From contig JBMNFL010000001.1 of the NCBI GenBank assembly GCA_050949315.1, forward strand, positions 642,043-706,042: a DNA stretch of 64,000 nt, given 5' to 3'. This DNA is from Bacilli bacterium. GTDB lineage: Bacteria; Bacillota_I; Bacilli_A; RFN20; UBA1709. The notes beneath the pieces were generated by a model. That model had not been told where the DNA came from. It saw only the letters and a program-made list of their open reading frames with translations, and did not search any database. Position 1 is the stretch's first letter, and every line of letters begins with the position of its first letter. This document shows positions 1 through 8,505 of the stretch, piece after piece. A program made the position numbers and the translations under genes.

Positions 1-3000
1 GAAGGTGCCAATACTTGCAATAACAAGAGAGCCCAAGATAATTGATAAAATATTTAAGATACCAAAATTCAATAGTTGGATCCCAACATCCCTGGCCATT
101 ACAACATTTAAACGCCAACAAATAAGGGCCGAGACTACGATACCAAGACCTGCACATAAGGCCGCCACAACTCCGGCCTCTGAAAAGAAGATTTTAAAAA
201 GATCGTTCCCTCTAGCACCAATCGCTCGTAGAATACCAATTTCTTTAGTCTTTGAAGAAATGGAAGAAGCGATAAAGTTTAGAAGCATAAGGGCGGCAAA
301 AATTGAAAAGACGATGCCGGTTGATAAAAAGGCGGTTTCTAAAGCTTCAATCAGCATCAGATAAATCGTTAATTGTTTATAAATATTATTGGTCATTTCA
401 TAATTATAAGAATCAAAATCACTTAAAAGATTTTCAATTTGATTTTGGGTATATTCTGTTTTGGTAATGGCAAATTGATATTTTTCATCAGTCGGTTTTT
501 GATAAGCGGTCTTACTTTCAACATAATAATAATCACCAGATAAATCTGCGTTCACACTCATAAATTCTTCACTTACTAAATAACTTGAAGTGTAACTTTC
601 TGTTTTAAAATAACCAATAACTTCCATCTCTCCTGAAACATTATGATAATTCTTATATTTCAATTTTGGACTAGTTGTTGTTATAAGTTTGGCATCTACA
701 TTCCCAGGTTGATAACCAATATCTAAAAGTTCACTAATGTCCGTAGTAGAGATAGTTATTTCATTATTGATAAAATTTAATAAATACTGGTATTCTTCCG
801 CACTGCATTCTGTAGAATCTTCTGTCATTTTCTCATAGATAGAAGTGATTGTTTCATCGTTGTTATAATTGTAAGAGTTAGCAAGACAGGTGGCATTATA
901 GTGTTCCAAAATCAAATCAGAATCATCTCGATTTTTTAAGTAAGTATCGATGGCCTCGATTTTTGTAACATCATAAGGCGCCTCTTGAACGGCCGCTTCA
1001 AGATCGTTAACAAAGTTAGTATATTCAACATTATCCGCTTTTTGATAAGCTTGATGGGCAGCCTTATAACTAAGTCCTTTATTAAGCGTGTAGTAACGAT
1101 TGTAAAGCTTAACAAAATAATCATCAATTAAAGCCTTGATGGCCGTAAAATCTTCATTAAAATCAAAGTCTTCATCAAGATAATCGGAATCATCGCCATA
1201 ATAGTAGTTTGTTAAACGCTGGATCATTTTAGATACCGCTGTTCTTGAATCATCTCCCTTATACTTGTCATAAACTTCCTGATCATAGTCTTTGTTACTT
1301 AAAACAAAACTCGCTTTACTTAACCAAGCTAGATAATTCTCGCGGGTTTCTTTAACATAGGTATCATAAGAAACATAAACTTCATTGTTTTTAGGGGCCG
1401 CATAATTAATAACGGCACCATCTAAATCATATACGATAAAAGATTCAAGATTTTTATTAACAACCTTAGGGGTATAGAAAAAACTGTAGTAATCATTCTG
1501 ATTGACCGCTTCATTTTTCCCGATATTTTCAGCCATATACAAACCTCTGTAAGGCAAAGGTTCAACATAACTTATTGAACTGGCTTCAAAGAATTGAGGA
1601 GCATGAGTATCATAAAAAGAAGGAGCCACATAACCCATCACATGATAACTATTTATTAAATATTGAACAAACTTGGATTTAACATTCATGTTTTTTTCAA
1701 GCCCAGTGCTCATATCCTTGAAAAGTTCAGGAAAATCACCAAGTTTATAAATACCTGAAACCTTTAACTTGAGATTGCTTATTTTTTTATTGCCATTGAT
1801 TCTAAAATTAAATTTCTTGCCAACGACATCGCTTTCTTGCTCAATCGTATTCATGCCTTTTTTCATAACATTAAAAGTATATTGACTGATAGCAATTTCT
1901 TCACTTGTTGAAGGATGAGTACCACTAGATAAAGAAAAGCCATTTTGTTCCATATAATTTTGATCGGCATCAATAAAACCAAAAAGGCTACTAACAAAGT
2001 AACATTCCTCATTATTTGGAACAGTGACATCATTTAAAGTCGCTGCGACATTAAAATTAGTATCGCTGGTGCCGTTAAAGTTAAAAACACCTGCAAAAAG
2101 ATGATTGTCGTCATTGGTATTCATATTTTGTAATTCTTGTTTGCCAAAACGCGTCGCAACTTGGTCATTATAAGAGCCTTCATCAGTAATGGTACCAGTA
2201 TCAAGGTCCTCCCGATAATAGGTGTTGGTTTTTTTGTAGGATTTCATAATTAACTCGTAATCTTGTTCAGAATTTGCTAAAGCCTTATTTAAAGAATAAC
2301 TTTCATTATAAAGCATCATTGTGGAAGCTACTCCAAACATGATTAAAGAAAGCGTCGTAAGTAAACAGGCCATAATCATCTTTATAGGTTTACTTTTAAG
2401 TGCCGACATTCCCATTTTAAAGGCCCGCTTCATTGGTAGCTGGGACTTAATAAATTTGGCGTCATTCTTACCATACTTTTTTAATTCAACAGCCTCGGTA
2501 TCACGAAAAACCTCACTACTGTTGTCGCGATTTAAACGGGTTGCTCGCCTTACAAGGCTAACCTGCTCTTCGCCACTAGAGATAATAACTTCACCTTTTT
2601 TGTCTTTTAAGCTCTGATAAATTGTCTCTACATCTGCTCGTGTTAATTTTTCAGCCTCTTTAATAGTTAAAACATTTTCATTGACAAAACTGATGTTTTC
2701 ATTGATTTCTTGAGCTTTAATATAGTTCTTGGTCACATCACTGATGATCTTACCATCACTCAGTTCAATGATCCGATCAGCATATAACTCGGCGAATTCG
2801 CGATCATGAGAAACAACTAAGACTAGTTTATCTTTTGACAACTTTTTAAGCGTATCCAAAACCTGTTTACCCGTTTTGCTATCCAAAGCCCCTGTTGGCT
2901 CATCAGCCATGATAATCTCAGGATTTTTAACCAAGGCTCTAGCGATAGCCACCCTTTGCTTTTGACCAACGGATAAGGTATTGGGTTTACGTTTACCTAA

Positions 3001-3393
3001 ATTGGCAAGATCAACTTTAGCTAGTAAGGCATCTACGGCCGCTTGATCATTAGGCCGCCCTTGTAATTGCAAAGCCAAAGAAATATTTTGTTCAACATTA
3101 AAATCATTTAAGATATTGTACTCTTGGAAAATAAAACCGATATAGGCATTACGATAACTATCAAAGTCCGCGGCTGAAAAATCGCGACTATTCCTACCTT
3201 TGATAATGATCTCGCCACTGGTCGCCTTATCTAAACCACCTGCAACATTTAAAAGTGTTGATTTCCCAGAGCCCGACTTGCCCAGTAAGAAAACCATTCC
3301 CGTCTCCGGAAAAGAAATACTGATATTATCAAGGGCTTTAACAACGTTGCCCCTAGTTTGATATTCCTTAGATAAATTTCTAATTTCTAGCAT
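1..3393 (-). CDS. MacB-type fused ABC transporter (N-terminal ABC ATPase + FtsX-family permease) with very large extracytoplasmic domain; C-terminus beyond window start (partial)
   Basis: Manual minus-strand translation from ATG 3393-3391: MLEIRNLSKEY..LLGKSGSGKST (Walker A), LSVGQKQRVAIARAL (ABC signature), ADEPTGALD (Walker B). Reading continues open to nt 1. TM helix at ~aa 330, then ~640 aa soluble domain, then FtsX-like TM bundle (nt ~1-400). SD GGGGAGAG 7 nt upstream. Absent from ORF track because no stop lies in the window. Confidence 0.85.
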   Translation of the reverse strand, partial: MLEIRNLSKEYQTRGNVVKALDNISISFPETGMVFLLGKSGSGKSTLLNVAGGLDKATSGEIIIKGRNSRDFSAADFDSYRNAYIGFIFQEYNILNDFNVEQNISLALQLQGRPNDQAAVDALLAKVDLANLGKRKPNTLSVGQKQRVAIARALVKNPEIIMADEPTGALDSKTGKQVLDTLKKLSKDKLVLVVSHDREFAELYADRIIELSDGKIISDVTKNYIKAQEINENISFVNENVLTIKEAEKLTRADVETIYQSLKDKKGEVIISSGEEQVSLVRRATRLNRDNSSEVFRDTEAVELKKYGKNDAKFIKSQLPMKRAFKMGMSALKSKPIKMIMACLLTTLSLIMFGVASTMMLYNESYSLNKALANSEQDYELIMKSYKKTNTYYREDLDTGTITDEGSYNDQVATRFGKQELQNMNTNDDNHLFAGVFNFNGTSDTNFNVAATLNDVTVPNNEECYFVSSLFGFIDADQNYMEQNGFSLSSGTHPSTSEEIAISQYTFNVMKKGMNTIEQESDVVGKKFNFRINGNKKISNLKLKVSGIYKLGDFPELFKDMSTGLEKNMNVKSKFVQYLINSYHVMGYVAPSFYDTHAPQFFEASSISYVEPLPYRGLYMAENIGKNEAVNQNDYYSFFYTPKVVNKNLESFIVYDLDGAVINYAAPKNNEVYVSYDTYVKETRENYLAWLSKASFVLSNKDYDQEVYDKYKGDDSRTAVSKMIQRLTNYYYGDDSDYLDEDFDFNEDFTAIKALIDDYFVKLYNRYYTLNKGLSYKAAHQAYQKADNVEYTNFVNDLEAAVQEAPYDVTKIEAIDTYLKNRDDSDLILEHYNATCLANSYNYNNDETITSIYEKMTEDSTECSAEEYQYLLNFINNEITISTTDISELLDIGYQPGNVDAKLITTTSPKLKYKNYHNVSGEMEVIGYFKTESYTSSYLVSEEFMSVNADLSGDYYYVESKTAYQKPTDEKYQFAITKTEYTQNQIENLLSDFDSYNYEMTNNIYKQLTIYLMLIEALETAFLSTGIVFSIFAALMLLNFIASSISSKTKEIGILRAIGARGNDLFKIFFSEAGVVAALCAGLGIVVSALICWRLNVVMARDVGIQLLNFGILNILSIILGSLVIASIGTF

Positions 3394-3415
3394 TTAAAAC
3401 TCTCCCCAATAACCC

Positions 3416-3469
3416 TTGTACAGCATAAAAAATTCTTATTGTACACAACTGCACATTGTAGCATAAAAT
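3416..3469. promoter_or_regulatory. Divergent promoter region with repeated TTGTACA (self-palindromic TGTACA) motifs at 3416-3422 and 3439-3445 plus TTGTAG at 3456-3461
   Basis: Repeats seen directly in the 160-bp intergenic region between the divergently transcribed ABC and CofE-like genes. Confidence 0.25.
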
Positions 3470-3553
3470 TATTTTTTTTCAATCTTTAAGAAAGCCTTAT
3501 TTCTCTTAAAAAGCCGTGGGTTGATTTTAATTGCATAAGTAATTAAAATATAG

Positions 3554-4768
3554 ATGTTCAAGAAAGAAGGTCTAGCTATGGAAAGAAGAGTTGGAACAGT
3601 TGCCAGAGGTATTCGTACCCCTATCATTCGCGAAGGCGATGACTTAGCTAAAATAGTAGTTGATAGTGTTTTAGAAGCCGCTCAAAGCGAGGGCTTTGCC
3701 TTACGTGATCGCGACGTTATCGCTTTAACCGAGTCTATCGTTGCTCGCGCCCAAGGAAACTATGTGGATATTACAACCGTAGCTATCGATGTTAAAAGTA
3801 AAATCTCCAGTCCAACTGTTGGTCTTGTTTTCCCTATCTTGTCGCGTAATCGCTTCGCCATCATCCTAAAGGGTATTGCTAAAGCCGTTAAAAAAATTGT
3901 TCTTATGCTTTCTTACCCCAGTGATGAGGTGGGCAATGCCTTGATATCTTATGAATTATTAGATGCTAAAAAGGTCAACCCTGCTAATACTCTTTTAGAT
4001 ACGAACACCTTCCGTAAACTCTTTGGTTATTCGAAACATGAATTTACGGGCATTGATTATATCGATTATTACACTTCACTCATTAAAGAGATGGGAGCGG
4101 AAGCGGAAATCATCTTTTCTAACCGCGCTGAAGATATTTTAAAATATACTAAACAGGTTATCGCCTGCGATGTTCATACAAGAAAAAGAACCAAAGCCCT
4201 TTTAAAAAACAAGGGGGCAGAAGTGGTTTTAGGTTTAGATGACCTTTTAACTAAACCCATCAATGGCAGCGGTTTTAACCCTGATTATGGCTTACTTGGC
4301 TCCAATAAATCAACCGAAGAGAGCTTAAAACTTTTCCCAAGAGAGGCCGAGGGCTTGCTTTTAGACATTCAAAAACAAATCTTTAAAAAATGCGAAAAAA
4401 AGGTGGAAGTCATGGTCTATGGTGACGGAGCCTTTAAAGATCCACAGGGTAAAATTTGGGAATTAGCCGATCCTGTGGTAAGTCCTTCTTATACCGCTGG
4501 ATTAAAAGGAACACCAAATGAATTAAAACTCAAATATCTTGCCGATAATGATTATAAAAATCTCAAGGGTCAAGAACTTGAAGAAGCACTTAAAACAAGC
4601 ATTAAAAATAAAAAAGGTAATCTTGTTGGCCAAATGGCCTCTCAAGGAACTACCCCTAGACAATTAACTGATTTACTGGGTTCGCTCTGCGACTTAGTCA
4701 GTGGTTCTGGTGATAAAGGAACGCCAGTTGTTTTAATTCAAGGTTATTTTGATAACTATAGCGATTAA
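3554..4768 (+). CDS. CofE-like (F420-0:gamma-glutamyl ligase family) protein with ~150-aa insertion
   Basis: N-terminus RVGTVARGIRTPIIREGDDLAKIV and C-terminus DLVSGSGDKGTPVVLIQGY resemble CofE motifs. Start may instead be ATG 3578 (MERRVG) preceded by AGAAAGAAGG. Confidence 0.55.
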   Translation: MFKKEGLAMERRVGTVARGIRTPIIREGDDLAKIVVDSVLEAAQSEGFALRDRDVIALTESIVARAQGNYVDITTVAIDVKSKISSPTVGLVFPILSRNRFAIILKGIAKAVKKIVLMLSYPSDEVGNALISYELLDAKKVNPANTLLDTNTFRKLFGYSKHEFTGIDYIDYYTSLIKEMGAEAEIIFSNRAEDILKYTKQVIACDVHTRKRTKALLKNKGAEVVLGLDDLLTKPINGSGFNPDYGLLGSNKSTEESLKLFPREAEGLLLDIQKQIFKKCEKKVEVMVYGDGAFKDPQGKIWELADPVVSPSYTAGLKGTPNELKLKYLADNDYKNLKGQELEEALKTSIKNKKGNLVGQMASQGTTPRQLTDLLGSLCDLVSGSGDKGTPVVLIQGYFDNYSD

Positions 4769-5370
4769 AAATAATAGCGTTTATTTTGATCCGCAACTTG
4801 AAAGAAGCTTTGGTAAAAACCACGGCTTTTTTTAATATAATCAACAGCATATTTAGGAACATATAAACTTCGGGGATTGATATTAGGATGTAAATGTTGC
4901 ATTAAATAATAGGCGAAAGCTGTGGCATCAAGTTCAATGGGCTGGCTGAAATAATTCTTTTCTTCTAATTCACTACTACCTGTAATATCAATATATTTTT
5001 CAAAGTTTTTCTGCCAACTTAAAAGCATAGCTTGCGGTTCATATATACGAACATTTTCGCGATTTTTAAAACTTTCAACTACTCGCCTTTGGTAAAAATG
5101 GCGAATTTCATGCATAATTAAATACTTTACTAAAAAAACTTCATTTTTCTTGAAACGCTCTTTAATCCAAGCAATATTAAAAACGATCTCTCGCCGTTCA
5201 TAATTACACTGGGCGGCGATTTCTTTAGAGGCGAAATCACTGGCATACGCAAAATAGATTTGCCCAATGTCTGCAAATAAATAAAAACGAATTTCTTCGT
5301 TTAACCACTTGACTAATAAAGGAGAGACCTTTTCATTAAAAAATTGATAATCTGTCATTAAAAATTCCAC
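4765..5370 (-). CDS. Hypothetical protein with HExxH zinc-metallopeptidase motif (IMHEIRH)
   Basis: 201-aa ORF. HEIRH motif seen. Stop codon overlaps the CofE-like stop in a TTAA palindrome (4765-4768). Confidence 0.45.
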   Translation of the reverse strand: MEFLMTDYQFFNEKVSPLLVKWLNEEIRFYLFADIGQIYFAYASDFASKEIAAQCNYERREIVFNIAWIKERFKKNEVFLVKYLIMHEIRHFYQRRVVESFKNRENVRIYEPQAMLLSWQKNFEKYIDITGSSELEEKNYFSQPIELDATAFAYYLMQHLHPNINPRSLYVPKYAVDYIKKSRGFYQSFFQVADQNKRYYF

Positions 5371-5918
5371 TCTTCGCGTAAAATATAATAATTTTCAGTA
5401 TCAATAAATTGTCCGCGATAAAAAACTTCTTGCCGGCGCATTCCTTCATAACGCATCCCGGCTTTTTCCATAACTAAACCACTAGAATCATGGCCAACAA
5501 AATGGGCGGCGGTAATGCGATTGTAACCAATTTCGGTAAAGAAGAATTTGATAACGGCTCTCAGTGCTTCAGCCGCATAACCCTTCCCCCAATAATTACT
5601 ACCAAGGGCCCAGCCAACCTCAATCGTGAAATCTGAGTCGCTACGACTTGGGGTAACAAAAATCCCAATTGCTTCGCTTTTTTTCTTTAATTCAATCACC
5701 CAAAAATAAGTGTTGATATCCGCGCTGCGGCTAAGATAGGTGGTCATAAAAGCATTCATGTTGTCAATGTTTTCATAGTAAGGGAGCTTAAAGGTTTTAC
5801 TAACTAATTTATCATGCGCCAAGTTAGTGTAAATATCCTCTTTGTCGCTTTCCTTCAAACGACGTAAGATTAAACGTTCGGTAACTATTTCTACTGAACC
5901 AACATGATTTAAGCCCAT
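5358..5918 (-). CDS. GNAT family N-acetyltransferase (RimJ/RimL-like)
   Basis: TERLILRRL..., acetyl-CoA-binding-like region. Overlaps downstream HExxH ORF by 13 nt (operon). Confidence 0.65.
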   Translation of the reverse strand: MGLNHVGSVEIVTERLILRRLKESDKEDIYTNLAHDKLVSKTFKLPYYENIDNMNAFMTTYLSRSADINTYFWVIELKKKSEAIGIFVTPSRSDSDFTIEVGWALGSNYWGKGYAAEALRAVIKFFFTEIGYNRITAAHFVGHDSSGLVMEKAGMRYEGMRRQEVFYRGQFIDTENYYILREEWNF

Positions 5919-5963
5919 ATTTTTCTCACCTCAGGCTCCATTATAACACATATTTTAAAATAA

Positions 5964-5985
5964 AAAGTCCCAACTTGAGGACTTT
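5964..5985 (-). terminator. Rho-independent terminator after tRNA-Asn
   Basis: Hairpin aaagtcc-tcaagttg-ggacttt followed by T-run on minus strand. Confidence 0.55.
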
Positions 5986-5996
5986 TGTGTAAATGA

Positions 5997-6072
5997 TGGC
6001 GCCTACTGTAGGACTCGAACCTACGACCGATCGGTTAACAGCCGAGCGCTCTACCGACTGAGCTAAGTAGGC
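5997..6072 (-). tRNA. tRNA-Asn (anticodon GUU), CCA encoded
   Basis: Minus-strand cloverleaf GCCTACTTAGCTCAGTCGGTAGAGC..CGGCTGTTAACCG..GGTTCGAGTCC..AGTAGGCGCCA with U8, A14, G18G19 and T-loop. Confidence 0.9.
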
Positions 6073-6075
6073 CTT

Positions 6076-6151
<76 letters not shown>

Positions 6152-6163
6152 ATGTGCTTACTT

Positions 6164-6193
6164 AATATATCACTTAAACTTGACTTTAGTCAA
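6164..6193 (-). promoter_or_regulatory. Sigma-A-type promoter for the tRNA-Ile/tRNA-Asn pair (TTGACT -18- TGaTATATT extended -10)
   Basis: Minus-strand TTGACT (6193-6188) and TGATATATT (6172-6164) about 12 nt upstream of the tRNA-Ile 5' end. Confidence 0.5.
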
Positions 6194-6218
6194 TACTTAT
6201 TTAAGGTGAAGTCCGCTA

Positions 6219-6250
6219 CCAAAAAGAAAAGCCTGCCTAGTGGCAAGCTT
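6219..6250 (-). terminator. Rho-independent terminator of rplM-rpsI operon
   Basis: Hairpin aagcttgcc-acta-ggcaggctt followed by TTTTCTTTTT on minus strand, just downstream of the rpsI stop. Confidence 0.6.
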
Positions 6251-6263
6251 TAGCCTTTACAAA

Positions 6264-6668
6264 CTAACGTTTACTGAATTGTGGTGCTCTACGAGCCGCT
6301 TTAAGACCGTATTTCTTCCGCTCTTTTGAGCGAGCATCTCTAGTTAACATGCCTGCTCTTTTAAGAGTAGGACGATAATCCATTGAAGCCTCCAAAAGGG
6401 CTCTTGCGATTCCTAAACGGATAGCGCCAGCCTGACCGGTGAAACCACCGCCACTGACATTGACACTAATATCAAATTGTTCAACTGTATTGGTTAAAGT
6501 TAAAGGTTGTTTAAGATCCATAACTAAGGTCGCATAAGGCATATATTTATCAACCTCAACGCCGTTGACTAAAATCTTGCCTTTGCCAGGAACTAAGATA
6601 ACACGGGCAGTAGAACTTTTTCTTCTACCCAAACCGGCATATTGAACTGCTTTTTTTGCTCTCGCCAT
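6264..6668 (-). CDS. rpsI: 30S ribosomal protein S9
   Basis: 134 aa ending ...[14 protein letters not shown], the characteristic S9 C-terminus. Confidence 0.95.
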   Translation of the reverse strand: MARAKKAVQYAGLGRRKSSTARVILVPGKGKILVNGVEVDKYMPYATLVMDLKQPLTLTNTVEQFDISVNVSGGGFTGQAGAIRLGIARALLEASMDYRPTLKRAGMLTRDARSKERKKYGLKAARRAPQFSKR

Positions 6669-6682
6669 TGTTTTCTTACCTC

Positions 6683-7120
6683 CTACTTAAGTTCCCAGAC
6701 TTCGGGATTTTGAGCTGCGTGTGGATGCTCGCCCCCAGCATAGACAAAAAGCTTTTTATAAATCTTCCGTCCAAGAGGTCCTTTGGGTAACATACCCCAA
6801 ACCGCTCTTTCCATCATCTCTACTGGATACTTTTCAACCATTGTCTTGGCGGAACGTGTTCTTAATCCGCCCATATAACCAGAAACATTGTAATAATTTT
6901 TTGTCATCAATTTATTACCCGTTAAGCCAACTTTTTCCGCGTTAACAATGATGACGTAGTCACCACAATCTAAATTCGGGGTATAAATTGGCTTGTCCTT
7001 ACCGATTAAGGCTCTGGCAACCGCTGTCGATAGACGACCAAGCGGAATATCTGTGGCGTCTACTAAACGCCATTTGCGCACAATTTCGGTAGGCTTAATC
7101 ATCGTTGTCTGATGTTGCAT
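6683..7120 (-). CDS. rplM: 50S ribosomal protein L13
   Basis: [48 protein letters not shown] matches L13. Confidence 0.95.
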   Translation of the reverse strand: MQHQTTMIKPTEIVRKWRLVDATDIPLGRLSTAVARALIGKDKPIYTPNLDCGDYVIIVNAEKVGLTGNKLMTKNYYNVSGYMGGLRTRSAKTMVEKYPVEMMERAVWGMLPKGPLGRKIYKKLFVYAGGEHPHAAQNPEVWELK

Positions 7121-7186
7121 ATTTGTCCTCCATTACCACTTTGTAACTTTACCGGGGCTACAAAAGGCAAAACAGTGCCGCAAAAC

Positions 7187-7216
7187 ATATTACAATATTT
7201 CTCTTCTTTATGTCAA
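7187..7216 (-). promoter_or_regulatory. Promoter of rplM-rpsI (TTGACA -18- TAATAT) with ~65-nt structured leader
   Basis: Minus-strand TTGACA at 7216-7211 and TAATAT at 7192-7187. Leader contains hairpin-capable GCGGCACTGTTTTGCC. Confidence 0.5.
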
Positions 7217-7242
7217 TGTTTTTTCGTAAAAACAATAGGTTT

Positions 7243-8505
7243 TTACTCTTCAATCTTCTCTTTAGCTAGTGCCAACATCAATTTAATTCTATTTTCCTGA
7301 TTGACCTTACTCGCACTTGAGTCATAGTCAATTGGTGTTATATTGGCATGGGGATGTAACTTTTTCAAACGATTCATAACACCCTTCCCACAAATATGAT
7401 TGGGTAAGCAACCAAAGGGCTGGGCGCAGATAATATTGCTGTAGCCAATTTTTATAAGTTCATTCATCTCGGCTGATAAAAGCCAACCCTCCCCCATTTT
7501 AGCCCCATGTTTAATAATGCCCTTAGCTTCCTTCCTTGTTGCCTTGAAAGGTTGCATCGCCTCAAATTTACTATATTTTTTAATCGCTTTAATCATCCAG
7601 CCTTCATAACGCGAGATTAACCAAAGAATGGCCGAACTATAAAGTTTATGACTAATTCTTGTTCTATAATAACGATAATCATATTCAGCATTTGCAAAGC
7701 AATACATTAAAAAGCCAAAGACCCCCGGCACTAAGATTTCCGCCCCCTGACTAACTAAAAACTCTTCTAAATTGTTGTTGCCAATCGCCGCATATTTAAC
7801 ATAGATTTCCCCAACAATTCCCACCTTTGGTTTGACTGTGTATTCAATATCTAAATTATTAAAATCCTCAGTGATGGCCCTTAGATTTTTCTTAATTGCT
7901 CTAATAGAAGAGGCTTTGCCTAAACGCAATTCTTCTCTTAGTTTTTTATTCCATTTTTTAACTAAACCATCTGATGAGCCCTTAACTTTTTCATAAGAGC
8001 GGGTCTTATTGTGAAGATACATCAAAGTGTCGCCGTAAGTAACCGCCGCCAATAGATCAAAGAGAAAAGACAAATTGATTTTTAAACCTTCACTGCGTTT
8101 TAAATCACCAAGATTAAAGGTTATGACGGGAATATGACCAAAACCGGCACTGGCTAAAGCTTTTCTTAATAAAGGCACATAGTTAGTGGCCCGACAACCG
8201 CCGCCTGTTTGTGTTAAAATCAAAGCCACATGTTCCAAATCCTCTTCCTTTTTAAGGGCATCTAAAAATTGACCGATAACACAGGTGGCTGGATAACAGG
8301 TGTCATTGTGAACATATTTGAGTCCTTCGCGGACTAAAAGGGTGTCGCAATTATCTAAAAGGCGAGTTTTATAACCTTTGCGTTCAAAAGCACCAGCAAA
8401 AAGTTCCATATGGCTATCCATAAAAGAAGGAATTAAGACAGTATGAGTTTTACGCATTTCATCGGTAAAAATCGGATAATCTAAAAGAAATTTTTTCTTA
8501 CCCAT
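7243..8505 (-). CDS. 2-hydroxyacyl-CoA dehydratase HgdB-like / double-cubane-cluster protein family (DUF2229-type)
   Basis: 420 aa with cysteine motifs NDTCYPATC, GGGCRATNY, CAQPFGCLPNHICGKG. Start overlaps the upstream gene end by 8 nt. Confidence 0.6.
   Translation of the reverse strand: MGKKKFLLDYPIFTDEMRKTHTVLIPSFMDSHMELFAGAFERKGYKTRLLDNCDTLLVREGLKYVHNDTCYPATCVIGQFLDALKKEEDLEHVALILTQTGGGCRATNYVPLLRKALASAGFGHIPVITFNLGDLKRSEGLKINLSFLFDLLAAVTYGDTLMYLHNKTRSYEKVKGSSDGLVKKWNKKLREELRLGKASSIRAIKKNLRAITEDFNNLDIEYTVKPKVGIVGEIYVKYAAIGNNNLEEFLVSQGAEILVPGVFGFLMYCFANAEYDYRYYRTRISHKLYSSAILWLISRYEGWMIKAIKKYSKFEAMQPFKATRKEAKGIIKHGAKMGEGWLLSAEMNELIKIGYSNIICAQPFGCLPNHICGKGVMNRLKKLHPHANITPIDYDSSASKVNQENRIKLMLALAKEKIEE

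Noticed and set aside
5-364. 119-aa plus-strand ORF at window start (also 936-1127 and 2321-2617 ORFs)
   Set aside because: All lie antisense to or out of frame within the continuous minus-strand MacB-type ABC transporter reading frame. They have no RBS and give implausible low-complexity translations.
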